From the NCBI GenBank assembly GCA_036741395.1, contig DAINSI010000003.1:4711-62064 (forward strand): a stretch of 57,354 bases of DNA, given 5' to 3'. A program made the position numbers and the translations under genes. This document shows, piece by piece, positions 1-9,016 of the stretch (within the stretch, counting starts at the first letter, position 1; each line of letters starts with the position of its first letter). A model generated the notes under the pieces. The model saw only the letters and a list, made by a program, of their open reading frames with translations, did no database searches and had not been told where the DNA came from. This stretch comes from Candidatus Dormiibacterota bacterium (GTDB lineage: Bacteria; Chloroflexota; Dormibacteria; DASZGP01).

Positions 1-1070
1 GGGCCCTGCGCGCCGCGGTGGCGCATCTCGACCAGCCCCGGCGTGGGTACCGGCGCGTCTCGGTCCGCCTCCTGTCGATCTCCAGGCAGCGTCCCCTCGT
101 CCATGCCCTCGATGACAAAGCCGAGGTCCGCGATCATCTGACGATCGGCGCTCGCCGGCTGTCCCTCCGTGGTCAGGTAGTCGCCCGTGAAGATCGAGTT
201 GGCGATCATCAGACCCAGCGGCTGAAGGCTCCGCAGGTGCAGCTCTCGCCCCCCGGCGATCCGGACCTCCACCTGCGGGAAATGGAAGCGAAACAGCGCC
301 AGGATTCGAAGGCAACGCTGGGGCGTGAGTTCCCAGGTCCCCTTCAGCGGCGTGCCGTCGATGGGGATGAGGAAATTGACAGGTACCGAGTCTGGCCGCA
401 GTCGCCGCAGGTCTCGGGCGACGTCGACGATGTCTTCGTCACTCTCACCCATCCCGAACAGGCCCCCCGAGCAGGGCGACAGTCCTTCGGCCTGCGCCCG
501 GCTCACGGTGGCCTGGCGATCGGCGTAGGTGTGGGTGCCGCAGACACTGTCGTAGTGCTTCTCGCTGGTGTTGAGATTGTGGTTGTAGGCATGTACCCCG
601 GACGCGCGAAGGCGCCCCGCCTGCCCATCGTCGAGCAGCCCCAGACAGGCGCAGATTTCCAGACCGGGGTAGGCGTTCTTCACCGCGCGCACGTTGCCGG
701 CGACCTGCTCCAGCTCATGCTCGGCCGGGCCGCGGCCGCTGGCCACCATGCACAGGCGTTTGGCTCCCGCGCGAACCGCGCGGGCCGCCGCCTCCACCGA
801 GGCTTCAGCATCCAGCATGGGGTACTTGAGGATGTCGGCCTGCGAGCCACGCCGCTGGGAGCAATAGTGGCAGTCCTCGGGACAGAGGCCGCTCTTGAGG
901 TTGAGCAGGAAGTTCAGCTTGACCCGATTGCCGAAGAAGGTGCGCCGGACCTCGTAGGCTGCGGCCACGACATCCTGGAGGTCATGGTCGGAGCTGCCCA
1001 GGAGCGCCAGGGCATCAGCGCGCGCAGGTTCCGCCCCGCTCATCGCCGATTCCAGCATGCGGGCGAGCAC
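1..1070 (-). CDS. bioB: Biotin synthase (radical SAM), 3' end runs off the window
   Basis: Absent from the ORF track (no in-window stop). Manual minus-strand translation gives [16 protein letters not shown] (CxxxCxxC), [56 protein letters not shown] at 1070 follows GGAGG; alternative ATGs at 1091 and 1058. Confidence 0.95.
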   Translation of the reverse strand, partial: MLARMLESAMSGAEPARADALALLGSSDHDLQDVVAAAYEVRRTFFGNRVKLNFLLNLKSGLCPEDCHYCSQRRGSQADILKYPMLDAEASVEAAARAVRAGAKRLCMVASGRGPAEHELEQVAGNVRAVKNAYPGLEICACLGLLDDGQAGRLRASGVHAYNHNLNTSEKHYDSVCGTHTYADRQATVSRAQAEGLSPCSGGLFGMGESDEDIVDVARDLRRLRPDSVPVNFLIPIDGTPLKGTWELTPQRCLRILALFRFHFPQVEVRIAGGRELHLRSLQPLGLMIANSIFTGDYLTTEGQPASADRQMIADLGFVIEGMDEGTLPGDRQEADRDAPVPTPGLVEMRHRGAQG

Positions 1071-1089
1071 GTCCCTAACCCCTCCTGCC

Positions 1090-3432
1090 ATGAATTGGAA
1101 TGCTATCCAACCGCGGTCGTCGTCGCCGAATGTGCCGAATCTGTCTCGACAGCGGGTCACCGGCGTCTCAGTGGCGATTATTGGTGTTGTCATGATGCTG
1201 CTTGCCCTGCGGGAACTGGCGTCTCGGTTCCGGACGAGCCGACTCTCAACCAGGATCCTCATTCTGTCCACGCTCATCAGCGTGGTCCCGATGGTCCTGC
1301 TGACCAGCTTGATCGGGCAGTCCAACACCGACGCCAACCACCAGGCCGGGCAACACATGCTCCAGGGTGAGGCGGTCACCCAGGCCGCCGAGATCGGGGC
1401 GCAGGTCGGTACCTGGAAGACCATCGCCAGGCGTCTCAGCCAGGACCCGGCCGTCACCGCGGCCGCGCAGGGCGGCAGCTCGCCAGCGGGCGACACCGCT
1501 CGCGACGCGCTGGTCCGCGAGCAACGGCTGGTCCCCGGAGCCCAGGTCCTCGCCGTCGCTGACCGCGGTGGCCACGTCATCATCACCACGGATCCAGCAC
1601 TGCTTGGCAACCCCGACTTCAGCCACTCCAGCGAGTTCCTGCAGGCCCGCAACGGCAAGGTGGTGATATCGAACGTGACCGTCGGCCGCGGGCTATCCAC
1701 CCCCCGAATCCATGTCGCGGCCCCCATCGCCGCTCCCGATGGGGGGTTTGTCGGGGCGGTCATCGTCAGGGTTGACGACGCCGCGGTGGTTGGCTTCCAG
1801 AACCCGACCCGGCTCCCCGGCGAGCGCTTTGGGATGGTGGTGGACCGCAACAACGTGGTCGTGGGATACAACGGCCCATCTCCCGGCCGTGTCCTCTACC
1901 GCGCCCTGGGACGAACCACCCCAGCGCAACTCCTGAAGCTGCAGCGGACGGGCCTGTACGGCAGTCAGCCGGTCCAGGCGATCGGCATGGACGAGCTCTC
2001 GCGGCGCCTGATGGCGGGGGGTGCGGGCGCCGCACAGGTCCCGTTTCCGATCACCGGCCGCGCCGTGGAGGCCGGTTACGCACAGCTGGCGGGGCTGCCC
2101 TGGACGGTTGTCGTGATGGAGGACGAGGCCGCTTTTGCCGCGGCCCTGCCCTCTCCATTTCTGATCATCAGCCTCTCCTTCGTCTGCCTGGCGATCCTGA
2201 TCACGGTGGCCATCTACTTCGTGACCCGGATGCTGGAGAACACGGAGTCCCAGGCCCTGAACGACGACCTCACCGGGCTGCCCAACCGGCGCTACTTCGC
2301 GGCCCTGATGACTCGCGAGATGGAACGGTCGAGGCGCAATCTTCGACCCCTCTCGGTGGTGATGGTCGACCTCGACCATTTCAAGCGGGTCAACGACCAG
2401 CATGGTCATCGAGCCGGCGACGAGGTTCTCAGGGTGTTCGCGGCCGCGCTGCTCGAGAACGTGCGCGCCACGGACGTCGCCGCGCGCTACGGCGGCGAGG
2501 AGTTCGTGATCCTCCTGCCCGACACCGAAAAGGAAGGCGCGCTGCTCCTCGTGGAGAAACTTCGGCAGGTCGTCGAGAGCCTCGACATCGACCTCGCCAG
2601 GATCAGCTTCGCGGGTCGAGGGGGGCCGCTGAAGATAACGCTCAGCGCGGGGGTTGCAACCCTGCCCGCTGACGCCGAGGACGAGGAAGCCGTGGTGCGG
2701 CGTGCCGACCAGGCGCTCTACCTGGCCAAGGCCATGGGCCGTAACCAGGTCATCGGTTTCGGCTCCGCCCTTCCGCTGGCCGACCTGGCGGAGGACCCGG
2801 AGAAGGTCAGCCTGCTGATTGGCAGCGCGAATCGGTCAACCGTCGAGGCCCTCGCGGCCGCGATCGACGCCCGGGACTCGGCGACCCGTGGCCACTCCAG
2901 GCGCGTCGCGGAATACGCCACGCTAATCGGCAGGGAACTCGGTCTGGGGCCGAGCGAGCTGGAGACCCTCAGCCTCGGCGCGTTACTCCACGACCTCGGC
3001 AAGATCGGCATCTCAGACGAGGTTCTCAATAAGGGCGGCACCCTGACGGACGACGAGTTCACCCGGGTCTCGGCTCACACCACGATCGGCCATCGGATGG
3101 TCGAGGGGGTGCCCTTCCTCCGGCAGGTGGCGCCGATCATCCTCCACCACCACGAGAACGTCGATGGTTCGGGATACCCCGCTGGCATGGCCGGCGGCGA
3201 CATCCCGCTGGCGGCGCGCATCGTCAAGGTCGCGGACTCCTTTGACGCGATGACCACCCAGCGCGCCTACCGCGGCGCAGCGCCGGTTGAATCGGCGCTC
3301 GGCGAGCTGGGAAGGCATGCTGGCAAACAGTTCGATGACGAGGTCGTCGCTGCGCTCGTTGCCGCACTGGACAGGAACAAGGTCAAGCAGGCGCCGGCGC
3401 CGGCGCAGGCGCCGGCGACCGCGACCGGCTAG
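1090..3432 (+). CDS. Membrane dCache sensor with GGDEF and HD-GYP domains (c-di-GMP synthesis/hydrolysis)
   Basis: Two TM segments flank a Cache-like region; [15 protein letters not shown]-site, RYGGEEF; then [30 protein letters not shown]. Start uncertain: the ORF-track start 1057 overlaps bioB. Confidence 0.88.
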   Translation: MNWNAIQPRSSSPNVPNLSRQRVTGVSVAIIGVVMMLLALRELASRFRTSRLSTRILILSTLISVVPMVLLTSLIGQSNTDANHQAGQHMLQGEAVTQAAEIGAQVGTWKTIARRLSQDPAVTAAAQGGSSPAGDTARDALVREQRLVPGAQVLAVADRGGHVIITTDPALLGNPDFSHSSEFLQARNGKVVISNVTVGRGLSTPRIHVAAPIAAPDGGFVGAVIVRVDDAAVVGFQNPTRLPGERFGMVVDRNNVVVGYNGPSPGRVLYRALGRTTPAQLLKLQRTGLYGSQPVQAIGMDELSRRLMAGGAGAAQVPFPITGRAVEAGYAQLAGLPWTVVVMEDEAAFAAALPSPFLIISLSFVCLAILITVAIYFVTRMLENTESQALNDDLTGLPNRRYFAALMTREMERSRRNLRPLSVVMVDLDHFKRVNDQHGHRAGDEVLRVFAAALLENVRATDVAARYGGEEFVILLPDTEKEGALLLVEKLRQVVESLDIDLARISFAGRGGPLKITLSAGVATLPADAEDEEAVVRRADQALYLAKAMGRNQVIGFGSALPLADLAEDPEKVSLLIGSANRSTVEALAAAIDARDSATRGHSRRVAEYATLIGRELGLGPSELETLSLGALLHDLGKIGISDEVLNKGGTLTDDEFTRVSAHTTIGHRMVEGVPFLRQVAPIILHHHENVDGSGYPAGMAGGDIPLAARIVKVADSFDAMTTQRAYRGAAPVESALGELGRHAGKQFDDEVVAALVAALDRNKVKQAPAPAQAPATATG

Positions 3433-3445
3433 GCTGGGCCCGGCA

Positions 3446-4510
3446 GTGGATGAACGGATGACGGTGGCGCGCGCGATCAGCCTCGGATGGGAGATGACTG
3501 ATGCGTACGGGGATTCCGTTGAGTCGGAGCCGCCCTCCGTGGGGCAGGCACCGGCCCTACTACCGGGCCTGGCAGAACTCGGTGGGGGCCGCCTGTTCAA
3601 CCATCGGGTGGGACGTATCAGGAGTGGGCTGGAGCAGGTCCTCGGCTCCCCCCGCCTCCAGGACCATGGTCCTGGTCAGCCTGGTGGTTCGCGGGAGGCC
3701 TTCCGGAGCGACCTGCTTGCCGCGCACCACGACCTTCTTGCGGCTCTGTCAGTGACGGATCCTCTCCTGGCCCAGGCCTATGAGCTCGGCGGACTTCTCG
3801 CCGGGATCGCCTTGGAGCCCTGGAGAGCCCCGCCACCGGAGCGCGCCCATCAGGTCAGGTCAGCCCTCAGCGGGCCCCGTGTCGAATCCGCCCGGGCCCT
3901 GCTCGACCAGCTGCAATTTGCGCTCCCCCGGCGCAGTGCCAGGGTCGTGGATCGATCTCTGACACGGTGGGCGGAGTGGATGGCATCGTCAGCGTCCGGG
4001 GTTGGCTGGGCAGGTTCCACGGGTGAGCGGGTGGTGCGCATGCTGCGCGACCAGGCCGAGTCGTGGCGGATGCTGTTGACCGGCGAGAAGCCGGGGGAGG
4101 ATGTTCTCGGGACGGCGGCGCGGGTCGCGGCGGCGAAACGCCTGGGGGTCCAGCTCGAGCGACTGGAGGTCGGCCATCTGCGCAGGTTTGCAACGTGGCG
4201 GGGCCTGGTCGGCGTCCTCGTCCTCGGCACCCTCGTGGGTGGGGCCGCGGTGGGCATGGGACCAATCGCCGCCAGCGCGGTCCTGGTGCTCGGCTGCCTT
4301 GGCGCGTACAGGGTGGTGACCGCGAGTCTCTCCGCCGTGAGAGTGCGGGCGACGAAGGCCCTGTGGGAAGCGGAGATGGGCGACGCGATCGTCGCAGCGG
4401 TCACCCGGACCCCTGGGCCTCCCGCCGAACCCGTACCGGTCGACGTGCCCTTCCGCCTCGATGCCACCGAGGGTTACGAACCCTCGTCCGAAGTGCCCGC
4501 AGAGGGATGA
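3446..4510 (+). CDS. Hypothetical membrane protein (two C-terminal TM helices)
   Basis: Long ORF with a hydrophobic hairpin (GLVGVLVLGTLVGGAAVG...AVLVLGCLG). Start chosen after the upstream stop (GTG 3446 or ATG 3458). Confidence 0.6.
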   Translation: MDERMTVARAISLGWEMTDAYGDSVESEPPSVGQAPALLPGLAELGGGRLFNHRVGRIRSGLEQVLGSPRLQDHGPGQPGGSREAFRSDLLAAHHDLLAALSVTDPLLAQAYELGGLLAGIALEPWRAPPPERAHQVRSALSGPRVESARALLDQLQFALPRRSARVVDRSLTRWAEWMASSASGVGWAGSTGERVVRMLRDQAESWRMLLTGEKPGEDVLGTAARVAAAKRLGVQLERLEVGHLRRFATWRGLVGVLVLGTLVGGAAVGMGPIAASAVLVLGCLGAYRVVTASLSAVRVRATKALWEAEMGDAIVAAVTRTPGPPAEPVPVDVPFRLDATEGYEPSSEVPAEG

Positions 4511-4516
4511 CGAACC
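4493..4516 (-). repeat. Degenerate copy of the tRNA-Lys 3' end (outer att-like direct repeat)
   Basis: GTGCCCGCAGAGGGAT at 4493-4508 is identical to 15384-15399 and 9032-9047; CGAACC resumes at 4511-4516 after a small indel. Confidence 0.75.
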
Positions 4517-4521
4517 TCGGG

Positions 4522-4974
4522 TCACGACCCCTGGGCAGTGAGGTCGAGGGCGACGACCTGGAGACCCTCGATACGCTCATAGTGCCCGAGGTTGGCGGTG
4601 CCGACTCGCCAGCCGCTCGCGATCGCCGTAGCGGCGACAAACCGGTCGTGGGCGCCGATGTCGATCCCGGCAGCTGCCAGTCTCGCCCACAGCCGAGCGT
4701 GCGCGCGCGCCGCCAGGAGGTCGAACGGCACCGGCGGGAAGGCCTGGATGACGGCCTCTACAAAGGCCTCGCGCCGCGACAGGTTCTTGGGGCTGGCGCG
4801 GTGCACTCCATGGAGGAGTTCTGATGCGGTGATGGCGGCGATCGCCACCTCCTCACGGTCGCCGAGCTCCCTCGTCAGCCGCGCGGCCACCTCCGTCATC
4901 GCGCCCTCCGCCGGCAGCGGCTTGAGCTGGCGCTCCAGTTGGATGAAGACGGTGGTGTCTAGGAGGGTTCCCAT
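4522..4974 (-). CDS. vapC: PIN-domain toxin (VapC family)
   Basis: LLDTTVF, ITASELLHG, GAHDRFVAATA, TANLGHY; overlaps the upstream small ORF. Confidence 0.88.
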   Translation of the reverse strand: MGTLLDTTVFIQLERQLKPLPAEGAMTEVAARLTRELGDREEVAIAAITASELLHGVHRASPKNLSRREAFVEAVIQAFPPVPFDLLAARAHARLWARLAAAGIDIGAHDRFVAATAIASGWRVGTANLGHYERIEGLQVVALDLTAQGS

Positions 4975-5246
4975 GGATCCGCGGCGATAGTACCGACGGC
5001 CGCGATTATCGCTTCCATGTCGCGTCCGAAGGCCTCGTCAGGCAGCGGTGCCGCCAGGAGATGGGCCAGCGCTTCACTGAGAGGTCGGCCACGTCTGGGA
5101 GGTTCCGACGCGCGGCTGTGGTCGTCGGGGTTGACGATGACCATGGTGGGCCGATCCCGGTTCAGGACGACAACCTCTTCGTGGTTGGCCACGGCCTCCC
5201 GGGCTCCCCTGGGGATGCGGACGTCGTCCGCGCGGATGGTCTTCAC
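4959..5246 (-). CDS. Antitoxin of the VapC module (Phd/YefM-like)
   Basis: 95 aa ORF overlapping vapC by 16 nt; EEVVVLNRDRPTMVIV matches the Phd-type strand motif; leaderless TAACGT-6nt-GTG. Confidence 0.75.
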   Translation of the reverse strand: MKTIRADDVRIPRGAREAVANHEEVVVLNRDRPTMVIVNPDDHSRASEPPRRGRPLSEALAHLLAAPLPDEAFGRDMEAIIAAVGTIAADPWEPS

Positions 5247-5468
5247 ATTCCAACGTTAGCAGGATTCGAGTGCGGAAGCGTACGGAAGCGGACGAATGCC
5301 TTGTGTGGGTAAACGGGCGGCGAGAGCCGCGCGGATGTCAGCCGCCTGGGTGAGCCCACACGCGGGCCGGAGAGGTGCGCAGATAGCTCGAAGGCATTAG
5401 AATATTCAAAAGTTCAAGACCTGCGCAATCGAGGGAGACAATCCCGCCCGTCAAGGAGTATCCGCCAG

Positions 5469-5828
5469 ATGAGCCAATCCCTGCAAGCCTTCAAGGCAGA
5501 CCTCTTCAAGGCTCTCGGCCATCCCACCAGGATTCGAATCCTGGAGACCCTGCGAGCCGGGGAGAAGAGTGTGGGTGAGATGCAGGCCGCGCTTGAGGCC
5601 GAGGGATCAACGATCTCGCAGCAACTGGCCATCCTGCGGATGAAGAATCTGGTCGACACCCGCAAAGACGGCAACCTCATCTACTACCGCCTGCGCGACC
5701 AGCACGTGAACGAGCTCCTCGACGTGGCGCGCCGCATCTTCGACACCCATGTGGTCCAGCTGAGGTCCATGACCGAGGAGCCCAAGGTCCTGACCAGGCG
5801 CCGCCAACCGGTGGCTAGCGCGCGCTAG
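5469..5828 (+). CDS. ArsR/SmtB family transcriptional regulator
   Basis: FKALGHPTRIRILETL, SVGEM, ISQQLAILR, RKDGNLIYYRL; AAGGAG upstream. Confidence 0.92.
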   Translation: MSQSLQAFKADLFKALGHPTRIRILETLRAGEKSVGEMQAALEAEGSTISQQLAILRMKNLVDTRKDGNLIYYRLRDQHVNELLDVARRIFDTHVVQLRSMTEEPKVLTRRRQPVASAR

Positions 5829-5839
5829 CAGGTCGGTTC

Positions 5840-6370
5840 TCAGGCCTTGACGCTGGCTGTCCGCAACTGCGGCTTCAGCCGCCTGGGCGAGGCGACAGGC
5901 CCTGGCTGGGGCGAGGCCTGCGGGCCCGCCAAGCGTTCCAGCTGAGCGGCGATGCTATCAACGATCTGGCGCGCATAGCGGTTACCAACTTCCACGATTT
6001 CGCTGGCGTTCGCGGAGCGGTCCGGGATCAAACGCCTCGCAGCACTGCCTTCCAGGGTGATCTTGGTGTTCGTGCTCCCCGCCACCTCGGTGAACCGGAC
6101 GGCCGCCCGCAGCTGCGGGCTTGATTCCTGCCCGGGTGCCTCGAGCTGTACGTTGCACGTCAGCACGTGGCCGGCGGTACGCGAGGTTCGATTCAGCATC
6201 GTCAGCCCGGTGATTCGCAGTACGCGCGCTTCGGGGTGACCGTCTGCCGGCACCACGTCCGTCCCCAGAGCGCCGACCGTCCAGAGACCGCCATGCTGGT
6301 GGAGAGCGGCGCCCACCGCCTGCAGACCAACAAAGACAGTGCTCCGCGCATGGACTCCCTGAATCATCAT
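5840..6370 (-). CDS. Hypothetical protein
   Basis: 176 aa ORF with a GGAG RBS; no recognisable motif. Confidence 0.5.
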   Translation of the reverse strand: MMIQGVHARSTVFVGLQAVGAALHQHGGLWTVGALGTDVVPADGHPEARVLRITGLTMLNRTSRTAGHVLTCNVQLEAPGQESSPQLRAAVRFTEVAGSTNTKITLEGSAARRLIPDRSANASEIVEVGNRYARQIVDSIAAQLERLAGPQASPQPGPVASPRRLKPQLRTASVKA

Positions 6371-6471
6371 CTATCTCCGTAACTTTGAATGTGCGGAAAT
6401 CGTATCACCCCCTCGCCCCGGGGAGAAGGGCTGGTATCCGAGCGTACAATATGGCCGCGACCGCTCGAGGA

Positions 6472-6654
6472 TCAGACGGCTGGGGGCAGAGCCTCGGGGC
6501 TATCGTCTTTGGGTACGATCCGGTCGCTGAAGATCATTCCCGTCAGGCTGAACGCAATCACCAGGCTGAGAATCGCGAAAAGCGGAATGAAGATCAGGTA
6601 GAAGGCATCCGGATGGGTGGCGACCACGGTCAGTCGCTCCCCGACAGGAAGCAC
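6472..6654 (-). CDS. Small single-TM hypothetical protein
   Basis: FYLIFIPLFAILSLVIAFSLTGMIF hydrophobic helix; start uncertain. Confidence 0.4.
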   Translation of the reverse strand: MLPVGERLTVVATHPDAFYLIFIPLFAILSLVIAFSLTGMIFSDRIVPKDDSPEALPPAV

Positions 6655-6851
6655 ACCGAGCCATCTTCGGGGTGCCAGCGGGCGGATGCGGCATCGACCC
6701 GTGGCACTGAAACCACGGGGAGGACAGGCAGCGGTGGAATGCAGCTCTCGCCCGCTGCACGCTCTGACGGGGCGGCGTGACGAAGCTGGATGCGGGTGGC
6801 GCCGGGAGGATGCGGCCTGTACCGAAGGGGCAACTGGTGGGCAATCTCCAC
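6630..6851 (-). CDS. Small hypothetical ORF
   Basis: AAGGAGG RBS (6859-6865) 7 nt before GTG 6851; no motif. Confidence 0.3.
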   Translation of the reverse strand: MEIAHQLPLRYRPHPPGATRIQLRHAAPSERAAGESCIPPLPVLPVVSVPRVDAASARWHPEDGSVCFLSGSD

Positions 6852-6918
6852 GGGCGTTCCTCCTTGGTTACTCGGTGTCTATACCCTCCAGAATATCAGA
6901 AGCTTTGCATATAGCCAA

Positions 6919-7449
6919 TTAGATGGGCGGCGGGACGCGCTTCGTCACCGGTAAACGTGCGAGCTCAAGCTCCACGTCGGCCGCGGCTGGGTCCGCGACC
7001 ACGAGCCGGAGGTCTCCCCCGATCGCCTTCACGTAGCGGCTGAGCGTTCCGACTCGGACATCCGCGCGAGCTTCGAGCTTCGACACCTCGGATTGGTTCA
7101 TGTTCAGAACGTTGCCCACTTCAGCCTGTGACCTGCCGTGGCGGCGTCGCAAATCGCCGAGGCTGAGGCGGCGGAGTACGCGCGGCCAGGACGCAGCGCT
7201 GACACCCAGGCAGGCAGCCCGGCTGGCCGCGACAAACGCCGGCCAGAGGGTGGACGTGCCATACATCCGATGATCGCGACACAGTTGGAGGACGGTGTTC
7301 GCAATCTCGCCCCAAGGCTCGGCTCGAATCGCGGCCGTAAGCGCCGCCCAATCATCAAGGTCCCCTCGATCGAGGAGATCGTCGATCGCTGCGCGGCCGA
7401 GCCGCTCGACAGGAGTATCCGGGGCATAGTCGAGGTGGCGGTGAATCAC
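6919..7449 (-). CDS. Putative antitoxin: unknown N-terminal domain plus C-terminal XRE HTH
   Basis: GTG 7449 overlaps the TGA of the upstream NTase (GTGA); C-terminal LGDLRRRHGRSQAEVGNVLNMNQSEVSKLE...GTLSRYVKAIGG is an XRE HTH. Confidence 0.8.
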   Translation of the reverse strand: MIHRHLDYAPDTPVERLGRAAIDDLLDRGDLDDWAALTAAIRAEPWGEIANTVLQLCRDHRMYGTSTLWPAFVAASRAACLGVSAASWPRVLRRLSLGDLRRRHGRSQAEVGNVLNMNQSEVSKLEARADVRVGTLSRYVKAIGGDLRLVVADPAAADVELELARLPVTKRVPPPI

Positions 7450-8138
7450 TTCTCGGCCTCGTCCCCCGTGTCGAGCGTGGCCACCGCCACGCGACGGCAC
7501 ACGCTGACGACCTCGCTCCAGTCCTGCCAGCGCTCGGCCAGACTCCGATAGTGAGCGAGGTCGATGTCGGAGAGGTCATATGGCGCCGGCTCCGCGAGTT
7601 GCTTGCACAACTGCGTCGCAACCCTGAGCCCATCGGGCCCCCGCTGGTCGGCGTAGTAACGGTCCATCCCCCGGACCAGTGCAGGAGCCCGCGCCCCGAG
7701 CTGGTCGGCGAGCGCCGCAAAGTCGAGGTAGTCGCGGGTCGCGTTCCGGCGGAGAATCATCCAGCCCTTGACGCGCGCCATCTCGGCCAGCGTCGGCACG
7801 CGGATCGTACCGTCCGGCGTCTGGAGCGCCTCCACCTCCAGTGGCCGCCGGCGGATCAGGTTGCGGATCCCGGTCTCCACCCCGTCGAGGCTGCCGAGGA
7901 CCATGAACGGGCGGTTCACGCGGGCCGTGACCCAACCGTCGGTTTCCTCGAGTTCCGCCAACAGGTCGTCGAAGCGATTAGCCAGGTCTCGAACGACGTG
8001 GTCATCGTCGAACGAGACGCGGTGTTGCACCCGCAGCGCGGCGCCACTCCCCCCGACCAGGACGGCGTCTGGCACCAGTTCCTGGAGCCTAGCCGCGGCG
8101 GCCAGTACGCGGTGCCAGCTCGGTGCATCGGAGGGCAT
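7446..8138 (-). CDS. Nucleotidyltransferase toxin, AbiEii/AbiGii (MenT-like) family
   Basis: VLVGGSGAAL...HRVSFDDD (GG...RxSxDxD), conserved K, RNATRDYLD (RDxxD); leaderless TAGAAT-6nt-ATG. Confidence 0.8.
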   Translation of the reverse strand: MPSDAPSWHRVLAAAARLQELVPDAVLVGGSGAALRVQHRVSFDDDHVVRDLANRFDDLLAELEETDGWVTARVNRPFMVLGSLDGVETGIRNLIRRRPLEVEALQTPDGTIRVPTLAEMARVKGWMILRRNATRDYLDFAALADQLGARAPALVRGMDRYYADQRGPDGLRVATQLCKQLAEPAPYDLSDIDLAHYRSLAERWQDWSEVVSVCRRVAVATLDTGDEAEK

Positions 8139-8316
8139 GTATTCATTCTACTGAATGCGAGGCCCCTGTAGCGCGGCGACCCGAGATCAGACGGCTGGAT
8201 CCGTCCTACGTGCCGGCGACCGATGTTGCCCCGCGCTGGGCACCTGACGAGGTCAGTTCAGCGACAGCTCCTGGCGCAGGGTGGTGGTGTCGATCCGATG
8301 TCCCATCCTGCCCAGC

Positions 8317-8417
8317 TCATAATCCGCGGTGGGCAGCGCCTCCAACGATCTCCTGGATCGACACGAGCCGAACTCGCTGCCGTGCCGCCTCGTCGCGGAG
8401 CCCCCGCGTAAACCCGG
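8317..8417 (-). pseudogene. 3' stub of an ATPase/DUF234 gene paralogous to 13712-15154
   Basis: Translates GFTRGLRDEAARQRVRLVSIQEIVGGAAHRGL*, versus GFTRGLADEAARTHVRLVSVEEVVGLAAAE* at the end of the intact paralog; the DNA also aligns. Confidence 0.85.
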
Positions 8418-8908
8418 TGGTCGTCAATCCCGGTCAGCGCCTTGGCCGCGGTGCCGTCCGCCAGCAGGAAGCCGCCGACGGTGTCCATCTGCCATAGCTC
8501 CATCGGCTCACTGCGCTCCCAGCGCTTCCACGTGTCCTTGCGCCGGTGCCGCTTCACCGGGTCAATCGCCGCCGCCCGGACCAGGCACCGGTATACCGCC
8601 GACTCCGACGGCGCCGGGTCCACCCCTTTGCGCACCAGCGCCAGGGCCAGCCGACGCGGACCCCAGTAGCGGTGGCCTCGACGCAACTCCAGTACCAGCG
8701 CCTCCACCTCAGCCGGCATCTGGTGCGGGCAGCTCTCCGGTCGGTGCGACCGCTCTGTCAGCCCCTCCAGGCCTCCTCCCTCGTACCGGGCCAGCCAGCG
8801 ATGCACCGTTCGCCGGTCGACCTTCCACTGGTCGGCCACCTCGGCCACCGTCCTGCCGTCCGCAATTACTGCCAGGATCGCTTGGTACTTGGTCTCAGCC
8901 ACGCTCAT
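8418..8908 (-). pseudogene. Truncated IS481-family transposase
   Basis: HTH regions and the first catalytic Asp region are present; the rest of the rve domain is missing. Confidence 0.85.
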
Positions 8909-8926
8909 TTGCCTCATGTGGGCGAG

Positions 8927-9016
8927 TGTGACCAATCAACCGAAGTAGCTGGGACAGATCAGCCGAAAGGGTGCGACACCATCAGCCGAACCCCTTCTGG
9001 GACACGTCAGCGGAAC
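8927..9016. repeat. Four imperfect repeats at 23-25 bp period (transposase-binding sites of the IS end)
   Basis: ATCAACCGAA 8935, ATCAGCCGAA 8958, ATCAGCCGAA 8981, GTCAGCGGAA 9006; each is preceded by TGNGAC. Confidence 0.75.

Noticed and set aside
18-1370. 450-aa plus-strand ORF
   Set aside because: Antisense shadow of bioB; no motifs.
4462-4486. Perfect hairpin CGAGGGTT-ACG-AACCCTCG resembling a second T-arm remnant
   Set aside because: Lies inside a coding region and does not match tRNA-Lys beyond generic T-arm similarity; cannot be assigned.
5333-5340. Single inverted TGACATCC
   Set aside because: One 8-mer is expected by chance in 57 kb, and it is unpaired.
5295-5400. Possible c-di-GMP-I, c-di-AMP or glycine riboswitch
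   Set aside because: Only fragments resemble the consensus (GGGTAAAC, GNRA loop, GGAGAG), conserved cores are absent, and it lies upstream of both promoters. Kept only as a low-interest structure.
8258-8935. 225-aa ORF as an intact transposase
   Set aside because: Chimeric: after IDDH it reads out of frame through the ATPase stub, and the catalytic domain is incomplete.
8927-9016. CRISPR-like array
   Set aside because: The period of about 23 bp is too short, there are no unique spacers or cas genes, and the IS end explains it.
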